The notes under the pieces were generated by a model, which saw nothing but the letters and a program-made list of their open reading frames with translations, made no database searches and was not told the DNA's origin. Positions 39,374-49,106 of a stretch of 64,000 bases of DNA are shown here, in pieces (the first letter of the stretch is position 1; every line of letters starts with the position of its first letter). Origin of the DNA: Kondoa subrosea (Eukaryota); NCBI GenBank assembly GCA_039545335.1, contig BCIN01000003.1:310001-374000 (forward strand), in the 5' to 3' direction. The position numbers and the translations under genes were made by a program.

Positions 39374-40395
39374 ATGAATCACGATCACATAAATCTGCAG
39401 CGCTTGACGACAAGATTAGAAGCTACACTTCAAGATTTACAGACAGATACAAGCGAGGATTCGTATTGGGAAATCAATAAGACAATTTCTGTGGGTCGGA
39501 ATTGGGAGTCAGGCGTTATAGCTTGGCTCAAGGCGTGCGATAGAATGCCAGATATGGACAAGAGCTGCTGAAGAAAGTGGAAGCAAGCTCGTTTGGGTCG
39601 CAGGGCAGTTCGACGTAAGGCTTCAAGCGGGCTTAGGCTACGGGTATTGAGCTGATGCTGGCCACAGTAGCAAGCGCGGAAGTCTGCCAGACCTCAGGCA
39701 GCGTCTTTACACTGTCAAGTCTGAGCTTGATGCTCTTCTCGAGGTGAGGAACAAAGCTCTGATCTGTGCACTACATCTCTAAAGCTATTCGTAGTCTCGT
39801 CCTTCTCCTCTGTCGCGCATTGAGCGCCCTTCCTATTCTCTACCTCTTCCGCCTAAACCGATCCCTCAAGAAATCTTGCCGTTGGAAGAACTGCTTCCAG
39901 AACAATCAACAGAAGCAGATATAGTACCCATCGATGCTCGTCCCCCAATCGTTCCCAAAGATTCAGCAGCTTCTACTTCAGACATCTCTTCCCTGCTTTC
40001 CCATCATCGAGAAGTTCAGGATTCGCTCACAGAAGATTTAGCTTCCATGGCTCGACAGCTGAAGCTGAATACTCTACATTTCTCCAATTCACTAGAAAAG
40101 GATAAAGAGCTACTCGAGACCGCTGATGGTAATCTAGGGGGAAATTACGATGTCATGCAGAAAGAAAGATCAAGATTGGGGGCGTACAGCAAGAAAGGTG
40201 GTTGGACTACTTGTTATGTTATAATGAGTGTCGGCGCTGTTACCGCTGCTTGGATGTGTAAGTCCTTCTTATCGATCGAGGAAGAGGCTATGCTGATCAA
40301 AGATCTCGCTCGAAAGTTATGTTCTTCCTGATTAGATTGGTAAGTCTCATATCATGTGGTTATGCAGTCCGTGCTGACCATAGTAAAAGACGTAG
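39374..40395 (+). CDS. USE1: ER Qc-SNARE Use1/Slt1
   Basis: INLQRLTTRLE N-terminus; HHREVQDSLTEDLASMARQLKLN...F..SLEKDKELL SNARE motif; C-terminal TM ending FFLIRLT*. Confidence 0.78.
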
Positions 40396-40520
40396 AATAC
40401 TGCAATGTCCACCTTCGCTTATTTCCAATAAGTAGCGCTTCCTTGATCCCTTTGTTTGCATTCCCCCCATCTGGTGAATTATTCTCTTCCCTGTTTACCT
40501 TATCTTCTGTTCCGATTGCC

Positions 40521-41240
40521 ATGGCCGAGACTCGCTCTGCTCTGAATGTCCAAAGCTTGCCTACCTGTCCAAAGCGGGATTGCTCAGAATCGCTTCGTAG
40601 CTGAATCCGTTATGCTCGATCGATCAATCATCTAATCGATGTCGTGTCGTATCAGGTCTCGGCAAAGTATATACTGAGCTCAGCGAGGGGACTGATGTAT
40701 ATTCCAGAAGCTTCGTCTATAAACGGATTTGCCCTCAACATGGACCGTGAGCATCCAATCTCTCTCTCTCACTAATCGGCAAGACTGGCAAGACTGAATC
40801 TTGTTTACAGGACCGAGATAGATGCCGATCGGAATGCCCTGCAACCTGTTTGGCCCTCTTGCGCTCAGATTTCAACGGCTCGTTCTTATTGCTTGATTCT
40901 AGATTGACCGAACAGCTTCCGCACCGCCTCTGCGACCTTCTCTTACTTCTTCAACATCGACCTACGATTCTTCCGATCTAGTAGCTCGTCCTGAACTCAG
41001 ACGAGGTTCGCTGGATTCAACGGATAGTGAAGCTTCAATGGAATTATTGGCCCGTCGGCAACCTGATGCTTGGTTAGCTAATGTACTTGTACCGCTGAGA
41101 GTTGGTGGGAAGACTGTCTCGGTAAAACGGGATTCCAGAATCAAGTTGCCTCCGTGAGTAATCTTTACCTCGAAACGTCATTTTGAGCTTAGAGGCTGAT
41201 GGTGATCAGGCTATTCCGTCACAACACGACTACTGGATGA
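40521..41240 (+). CDS. Small spliced hypothetical protein with possible Zn-binding motif
   Basis: Manual splicing gives MAETRSALNVQSLPTCPKRDCSESLRLGKVY...KRICPQHGP...ELRRGSLDSTDSEASMELL...*; one junction has a weak donor. Confidence 0.4.
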
Positions 41241-41488
41241 GCAGCAAGAGCAATATAGCACGGACATGGACAATGACATATGACATTAGCACTTGTATTT
41301 TCCTTTCTCTTTCACTTGTAAGTAGTAGTGCCCCCATATAACAAGAACAATAACATATGCATAACACACAGCCACAAATCATAACTTGCACTGCTAATCA
41401 ATCTCTTCTTGCCAAGCGAGCTTGTCTGCAGAAGAGTTTCAGCTTTACTGACCAAAAAATTAATGCATTACATACCGATTTCATGGTA

Positions 41489-44400
41489 TTACAACCGCTG
41501 GAGGAGAGTTAGTGGAGCAGAAGATGTAGTTTGTACAGCTTGAGAGTAAGAATTAGGCGCTGGCCTTCCATTGTCTGAATTTTCGTTGACTCGCTTCCGA
41601 GGACCTTTAGGAATTATACCCATACGATCTATCAGATTGTTTTGAGCTGGTGAAGAAGTTGCTGGATCAGAAGATGACAAGCGGTCCAACAGAGGTTGAG
41701 CCACAACTGCTGGAGGAGATTGTCCATGCGACTGAATACGACTGCGCGGTCCTTTGGGAATATCAGAAGAAAAGGGCAGGCTAGCTGTTTCAGAAGGGGT
41801 GTAATGTGGCTGTTGAGCGGTGCATTGATGGGGTTGAGTAGGTACTGAAGTATATTCTGGTGATGGGTAGTGACTTGACGTATGGTTAGAATATTGATCA
41901 TTGTCAGGTTGTGCAAGGCGACTCGCTAGCGGTAGCTGAGTATGGTTGGTAACAGATCTGCTGGCGCCAAGTATAGAGATACTTTCTGGTTCAGCTTGCC
42001 GCTTTGCCGCGGTCACCTGCAGAGGGATGTATTGCCGTCTGTCCGAGGTAGAGTTTGCATCTTCAGCATCAATAACTTGGGAGATGACAGAACTAGATGG
42101 CTCAGAAGCTTGTCTGTTTATAGCAATATGTAGGAAAGATGAGGAAGAGGCATTGGCAGAACTTCGAGCAGACTGCGTAGCACGGTACAAATCCGATAAA
42201 GATCGACGAGGTGCTTGTTGCAAATGCGATCGTTCAGCTGGAGCTATATACCTGTTTATGTCAAGAGCTGAATCTTCAGATTTGGTTTGTATTGTTTTGG
42301 TCGAAGGCAAAGAGCGAGGCGCTCGAGCAGTTTCAGGGTGAGGTGATATTAGCTTGCGAGCAAATTCAGTGAACCACGGTTTCTCGTTCTGAACAAAGGT
42401 CCAAACAGCAGCCCGATCGAGTTCTCGGTCGGTGGGTTGCCGACAGATTGCTGTCACCCTGACAGGCAGCTCGCTGACTTGACCCTTAGATCTCGCTATC
42501 GCAACACACTTGCCATGACTGCGCTTCTCCGTATCTACGGCATCGATTCCAGAGCGAAACCAAGCAAAGACAATAGTATCTTGATTGGCAGAAGTAGTTG
42601 ATGGCCCGGTCCGAATAGGACAGGACATCAGCATTATAACTGGTTTAGGGTCTTTCACTCGTTCTAACCATTCCAAAATTTCTTGTCCAGTGATATTTGC
42701 TTTCACGGGAGAGAAAGCAACAGGATAAAGATGCTGAAGAGCTGCTATGTAATCTGATTCTGCTAGATCCTGTGCAGACGAAGTGGAAGGAAGAGAGACT
42801 CCATGTTCAAGAGGAATATGTTGCTGGGAAGGGAGTTGTTCATCATTGGCTAGAGGAATGAAAGCAGATCTGAGCGCATGATTTTCTTCCTCTAGGTGCT
42901 GTAGCATCTTTCGATATACTATTTTGGGCGAAGGCAATCGTCTCTCTTGTATGACTGGTGCTGTTCGAGCAACTCCAGGCACGGGAGGTCCGTTGGGATC
43001 AGACAAAGGTCCAAAGAGAGCGTGTCGCATTGGCATGTTTTCTGACCTCTCAGAGGCGACATGCATGTTGCGTGACACTTGCGAATCGGTTTGAGCAGCA
43101 TCTTTCCGGCTACTAAACATAGCAGCTGACTGCCGTTCAACCGCGGAGCGCCTTCCATCTTGTACAATCGGTCTCGCAGCTTGCCTCGAGTCGTATCGAA
43201 TTGGAGGTAGCTGTATTGGCGGTAGCTGTTTTCTCTGCGGAGAAAGCGACCTTCGTTTTGGCGAAAGAGACCGTTGTCTGTACTGAGGTGAAGGAGAACG
43301 CCTTCTCCTTTCAAGTGAGGGAGACCGCCGTCTATGTAATGATGGAGAAGGCGAACGCGAACGACGCCGATTCGAGGATTGCCTCTCGTGCGAAGGACGG
43401 CTTGGTTCTTCTGGCAAAGGTCGATCTGGTAGAGTTCTGGTTCGGTCCCGCCGTATAGGTGATCTAGCTCTTGCTGAACCATCTTGGGAAGATTCTGCAA
43501 CCGGCCGTTGCCTTTCCATACCCTTACTTTCCCTTAAAGCTGCTAATCTTCTCCTCAATTCGACCTCTTTCTGTTCATCTACCAAATTCTTTGAACGAGC
43601 TACTAAAGACGGTTGCCGAGAAATTTGCGAAGCAGGACGAGCTGTAATGAGACTGGTTGCATGATGTTCTTCGAGCAGCATCGATATCTCGCTTTCGCTC
43701 GTTTCATCGAAAGCTCTTGCAGGAGGATGATCTACAGGTGCTTGGATAGCTATAGGTGCAATGCTTGGTTGCGTCACAACAGGAGACCGAAGGGCAGAAG
43801 ATCGCTGGCTGATTGGAGAATTAGGTGGTGAAGATTCGTCAAAAGGAATGAATTCGGGTGCTTCGTTTGTAGACGATATAACAGGCTCCTTCTGAGCTAC
43901 TTCCAATTCTTGTGTGGGATGAACTATGACCTGCGGTGTGATTGATGGAAGATCATTCTCTGGCCTCGATTCTTCTGTTACGACATTCGCTATCGGGCTG
44001 GGCGCTTGTTCAACAGTCAGAGGTATACCAAGCACTGCTGTATCGGAAGAGGCTGCTACAGTAGCGATTGAGATTTCGGGCGTGGTGCGTTCGGACTTCA
44101 ATCGCTCAACACTGAGGAGTATCGCTTTCCTTCGTCGAGCTTGCAGTTCTTCCAACGCGTCCATGACCAAATCATCATCTCCTGCTCTTGCCGCATCCGT
44201 GTATTTTACAGCCAGCAATTGACATGAAGTCAAACTTCTCAACATTGACAGATCGAATTGCAGATCTATGAGGTGATGCTGATCCGGCGGAACCCACGAG
44301 GCCACAGCTTGTCCATTCTCTATCGCTTTTGCAGCCCGCTGTGACCAGATTCGTCTGCCCTTGTTCAAGAGTTTCTTGGTTTCCGCGGAAGTTGCATCTT

Positions 44401-44506
44401 CCTCTGTTCCCAGCAGCGATGTGGCCAGATCCAATGCGGCCAATTGTGCACTCGAGCAGTGCGCTATGTCTAGAGTCAATTGTAAAGTGTCATAGTCGGA
44501 ATCCAT
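41489..44506 (-). CDS. About 1005-aa single-exon low-complexity protein with RS/RSP repeats and a possible degenerate RRM
   Basis: 3.1 kb open frame; first ATG MDSDYDT at 44506; RRRSRSPSPSLHRRRSPSLERRRRSPSP; repeated IPKGPR and LxxR[L/M] motifs. Confidence 0.7.
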   Translation of the reverse strand: MDSDYDTLQLTLDIAHCSSAQLAALDLATSLLGTEEDATSAETKKLLNKGRRIWSQRAAKAIENGQAVASWVPPDQHHLIDLQFDLSMLRSLTSCQLLAVKYTDAARAGDDDLVMDALEELQARRRKAILLSVERLKSERTTPEISIATVAASSDTAVLGIPLTVEQAPSPIANVVTEESRPENDLPSITPQVIVHPTQELEVAQKEPVISSTNEAPEFIPFDESSPPNSPISQRSSALRSPVVTQPSIAPIAIQAPVDHPPARAFDETSESEISMLLEEHHATSLITARPASQISRQPSLVARSKNLVDEQKEVELRRRLAALRESKGMERQRPVAESSQDGSARARSPIRRDRTRTLPDRPLPEEPSRPSHERQSSNRRRSRSPSPSLHRRRSPSLERRRRSPSPQYRQRSLSPKRRSLSPQRKQLPPIQLPPIRYDSRQAARPIVQDGRRSAVERQSAAMFSSRKDAAQTDSQVSRNMHVASERSENMPMRHALFGPLSDPNGPPVPGVARTAPVIQERRLPSPKIVYRKMLQHLEEENHALRSAFIPLANDEQLPSQQHIPLEHGVSLPSTSSAQDLAESDYIAALQHLYPVAFSPVKANITGQEILEWLERVKDPKPVIMLMSCPIRTGPSTTSANQDTIVFAWFRSGIDAVDTEKRSHGKCVAIARSKGQVSELPVRVTAICRQPTDRELDRAAVWTFVQNEKPWFTEFARKLISPHPETARAPRSLPSTKTIQTKSEDSALDINRYIAPAERSHLQQAPRRSLSDLYRATQSARSSANASSSSFLHIAINRQASEPSSSVISQVIDAEDANSTSDRRQYIPLQVTAAKRQAEPESISILGASRSVTNHTQLPLASRLAQPDNDQYSNHTSSHYPSPEYTSVPTQPHQCTAQQPHYTPSETASLPFSSDIPKGPRSRIQSHGQSPPAVVAQPLLDRLSSSDPATSSPAQNNLIDRMGIIPKGPRKRVNENSDNGRPAPNSYSQAVQTTSSAPLTLLQRL

Positions 44507-44672
44507 TATTCTGCTTGGTCGAGCACAACAAGGGTCGAAGCCTTTATATAGGCGAAACTGCTCTGTTCGCGTTGGCAGTGCAGTATAGGAGTACAAAGAG
44601 AGTTTATCAGGAGTTACTTTCTACACAGGGCTTTCTATTCGAGTTTTGTTCTCATGAATGGCATGACCATGC

Positions 44673-45792
44673 TCAAGCCTCATCGCGGTGCCCAGTCGCC
44701 CGATCAAAGCGTGCAAGTCTTCGCTGAATCGTCAGACACCTGATGGGCTGGGCGAGCGCTGGCTTTGGTAGCCATTCCAAGTAGACCAACTGGCCTACAC
44801 CATAAGCAGCTTCCGTCTCTGGAGGATCGCGAACGGCCTTTTGAATGTATCCTCTCTTCAAGTACATCGGTACAGTCTTCGCCTCCGCATCTAGATGGAT
44901 AGGCAGTGCCAACTCTCGAGCCTGACCACGAGAATAAGTGACTTAATACCGAGACATTGACAATGTCTCACCTTATTCTCACTGAAATCGAGTAAAGCAG
45001 ATCCGATACCTCGACCCATGTGATCTTTACGAACGCCCAGACAATAGGTCTTGATACAATTACTGTACGGATTCTCGCCATACGCCTCGACTTCATATTT
45101 GTCGAATTCGCCGAAACCCTGTGCGATTGGTCAGTACGGCGAATAAGAGATGCTCTAAAGTTTAAAATACTCTTGCTCGCTCTTCGTATACTGGATAGTC
45201 CAGCAAACGACTCATCTCGGCCAAATAGATATTGCTGTTAGAACAGCTTCAACATATCAAGTCAAGAAGAGAGTATGTGTTAATTACGCATCGATTGTAG
45301 GAGCTGCACGGGCTACCAAGCCTGGTGGTCGGAAAATGCAGAATGCAGTGCGGCTTTGATTGGTAATGAATTTGACTGAAGAAGCAAGAAATAAGAGCGA
45401 GATCAGCCAGGAGATCAAGTGTGCTTGCCTCCTTTGACTTGACGCTCTTCATGAATCAAAGCCTTCCAGAACAGCTTCTGTGCAGCGAAAGTCTCGCCGT
45501 GCTGATCCGTGATTCAACAAGACTCGAATGTTGCTATATCTCTGAGCTCACAAAGCGCATACGCACAAAGCCATCTGTCAGCTCTCTTTCAATGTAAATC
45601 AGAACATAGAACATTGGAACTTACTGTCGACGTATGCCTCGGTGACCAACTCTGCAAATTTGTCGAGAAGCTCGTCTAGTCAAACGTCAGCAACATACAG
45701 CAAGTCATAAAGGAAGATAGCCTGCCGCTCAAATCGTCCAAAAACTCGATTTCGTAATCTTTTAGGTCATAATCTTCGTGGCCTCGACCCAT
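44673..45792 (-). CDS. GNAT family N-acetyltransferase, multi-exon
   Basis: Spliced AFCIFRPPG...LGVRKDHMGRGIGSALL (acetyl-CoA motif A)...ARELALPIHLDA..KTVPMYLKRGY (motif B). Confidence 0.8.
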
Positions 45793-46281
45793 TTTGAAAA
45801 GCCTGATAGGAGAAACAAGATAGACGAGGAGGGACTAGTCTATCAATAAGTGATGTACAAGCTGCGCTGTAGCACTTGTATTACCACGAACTTCGAAACA
45901 CCGGCTGACGGTAAAAGGCGATGCAAGATCTTAGACAGACTGAGTCTGGCAATACGCAGCAAGAGCAGCGGTAAGCTACGCCATAGAAAGACACAGCATA
46001 TGGCAAGTGAAAAAGAACAGGCAAAGAATAGGCCAATATATCAACAAAAGGGCAGGATGAAACGATGAAACGATTGAAGAGATTCGAGCAAGGATGAATG
46101 CACATCCAGTTCGCGGAACGCCAGCACGAATTGCATAGCCTGTACACGCGGTAACTTGTAAGTATACAGCACAAAGAGCTAGGCCAAAGGAAAGGCTTAC
46201 CAGTAATTTTGGGTAGCGACTAGAACAGCATCCTATACACAGCTGTTAAATCCGAGCACGATGAGCTACGGAAGGGAATGC

Positions 46282-48941
46282 TCACATGCCTACTTCATCG
46301 TCAACTTCGCCTTCTGCGCCTCGTACTGCTTCAGCCTCATTCTCTTGCTCATCCATTTGGGCTTCTTCCCCTACTCCAACTTCCGCTTCAACTTCAGCAA
46401 TAACTTCCCTCACTACCTGATCGCTATTGACTTCCGCAATCCCATCTGGAGTGTCCGTTGGCGTAGCCACACTTCCACTAGCAGCAGCCAATCTACTTCT
46501 CTCTTTCTCTTCCTGAGCAAGTCTATATCGTTCGCGATCAGCTGCGCAGAGTCCTTTGAGTTTCTCTCGTTTTTCCAAAGCCTTCTTCCGCTTTCTTTCG
46601 ATTCCAGGTGCTAATGTACCCAAAAAGAGCACAACACAAATCATTGCGCTCCGAAGCATACGTTTATAGCGAGCAGCAGCTATTTCTTCTGGCGTTTCAG
46701 GCTGACGTGGTAAAGACGGTGGTCTTCGTAAAGGATTGGGATTGTAAAGTCCCATTTCTCGAGCTTCGGAAGCTAAACCAACGCATGCGATCTTGTAAAC
46801 CCAATATCGAGCTGACCAGATGGAGTATCGATTGCCACGAGTATTGCTTTGCGGTACAGCAACAGTCTGACCATTTTGTCTGATCGCGCGCTGGAAGATG
46901 AGACCAGGTCGAAGTCCATTATTAGCTAGACCTGCTGGAAGAGGAGGTTGCGGTTGACCAGCGGCAGGTTGAGCTTGATTGTTGTTAGCAGCTGGATTAC
47001 CAGCAGGTTGAGCTATACCAGCAGCTCTTCTACGTTGTGCTTGCGCTTCTTCTCGATTTTGCATCAATCTCCTCCCTTCCAAAGCTCTTCGATTCCTCAA
47101 TGCTAAAGCTTCCCATCCCACCCAAGCTACAGCCATAGAAGCCAAAATTACACGTTTCTGGTAAGAAGCATGTCGACCAAAGATATAGAGTAAAAAAGAC
47201 AGCTTGAATGTGAGCCATATAAGAGGAACCAAAGTTCGTCTTAATTCGTCCAAATTGACCACAACAGCCATTGCATGATTTCGACCAGCTATGTTGGCCA
47301 AAGCTTGTTGTCGTTGAACAGCTTGCGGATTGAGGCCAGCAGCAGGTTGAACATCGACATTTATCAAATCTTGAACCCCAACTTGTAATCCAGCGGCATT
47401 AATTCCCACTTGAACTCCTTGAGCTGGAAAACGGCTTTGATCTCTTCGATGTCGGATCATAGCACCCTCAGCTAATTTGACCAAAGCGTTTATGATCGTG
47501 AGTGATCCCTGATACCACCTCAACTGTTCTCTTGCAGCAAGACGTTGTTCTTTGGGCGCCCGATATTCGTCTGGCACATATAACAAGAAAGGTTGACCGT
47601 CGATATGTACGATTTGTGAAGCGTTTGCTACAGGTTCTTCAACGTCTTGTTCTGCCATGGCAGTAAATCTCTTAATTATATGACCAAGCTCGAGTGATTC
47701 GATCAACTGCTTGATGGCTGTTTCTACATCGTTTTTCTTTTGGCTGAAATCGCTGCCGATATGAGCCATCATTGAGCTGAAAGCATCATTTGAAGAGGTA
47801 GGGCTGGACATTTTGATTCCAGCTTCGCGTATCTGAGTTTTCAGGCGACATGAAAGGTAGTTTCTGATTATGGCGAGCTTGTTTGCGAACTCAGCTAGTT
47901 GCTGCACCGTCAGAGTCTGGAGTTGCTGATCTGCGACAGTCCATGGTGAGATATAAGCAACCTTGTCTGTAGAATTGGGTTTGGGTAAAGGAAGAGGTAA
48001 TGTAGGGGTCGCAGCTACTGAAGAGGTAGAAGGCATGGAAGCAGTAGGAAGTTGAGGTGAAGGGGTAGATGTAGAAGGGCTTGCATTTGGAGTGGAAGGT
48101 TGGAATCTCGGGGCTGGAGTGATTTCGACTGTAGGCGTGGGAACTGGTTTAGAAGAGGGAGATATATTACTGGGTTCCTCTTCTTTATCTTCTTCTCCTC
48201 TGGAGGAAGGCGACAAGTGTACAGCGATTTCTTCGATGGTGTAATCTGGTACTGCAGCTGCTCTAGAGGCGGCTTGATCAAGCCGCTCGCTGAATTCACT
48301 TCTTGAACCTGGTACTATAGAAGGCTGTGATCTTGTAGGCTGAGACGAGCTGATTTCAGATGCATTTTCAGGTCGTTTGGCTTTCGCCTTAAGGTAATCC
48401 ACATATTCTTCAAGCATCTGATCAGGTTGATCACGGAAGCTAGACCACATTGATTCAGGCTTGTGTTCAGGTAGTTCGTCGTTCCAATCTCTCTTCTGCA
48501 GGTATAGCATGAGCTTGACTTCTTCCTGCATTGACGGAATGCGCATCAGCACATGCCCTCTGGCTTCTCACGTAGCTTTGAAGCGCACCTTGCTATCCTG
48601 TGGTTGACGAAAGTGTCTGAGCGGCTTGTTCTGGTTAAATGCTTTGACTGCAGGCGCAAAGCATGAGCACATGTAGCTATCACTGAGGGTATCCTTGACT
48701 TACCTTCCCGACCATTGACATGTACTACAATCTGATCAACCTTGGGCGAACCTTTCGCTTTGCTTATGCGTTCTTGAAGTATTTCGGCAACAGAAGTCTC
48801 CCAGAAAGGCCCATTGTATTCAATCAAGCCATCGAGGCGTTGATCCCTCCAAGGATCGTAAGGCACAAAGCGACAAGTCAAGTTAATGACAGCTGGCAGA
48901 TGTTCGGATGTTGATGCTGCATTGGTATCACTCGCACTCAT
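46282..48941 (-). CDS. Membrane protein with N-terminal ubiquitin-like region, Usa1/HERP-like ERAD scaffold candidate
   Basis: ETSVAEILQERI..GSPKVDQIVVHVNGRE (UBL-like); hairpin TM IWLTFKLSFLLYIF..KRVILASMAVAWVGW; LFLGTLAPG then a charged tail. Confidence 0.5.
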
Positions 48942-49106
48942 GCCTTGCTGGGTTCAATGCTAGCGTTAAATGGTATAGTGATGCCAGAATCGGGTATTCT
49001 AGTCCTTCGTGGACTTGGGTCAAGCGTGAAAGCCCGTGAGATGATTGCTTCGCGAAATGTTTACTACTTCATTATGCGGCTTTCTATACATTTGAAACAG
49101 AATAGA

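Noticed and set aside
44506..44770. Possible fusion of the GNAT to the downstream 1000-aa ORF
   Set aside because: The GNAT frame closes at 44673, the downstream ORF has its own ATG and I found no convincing bridging intron; not excluded without RNA data
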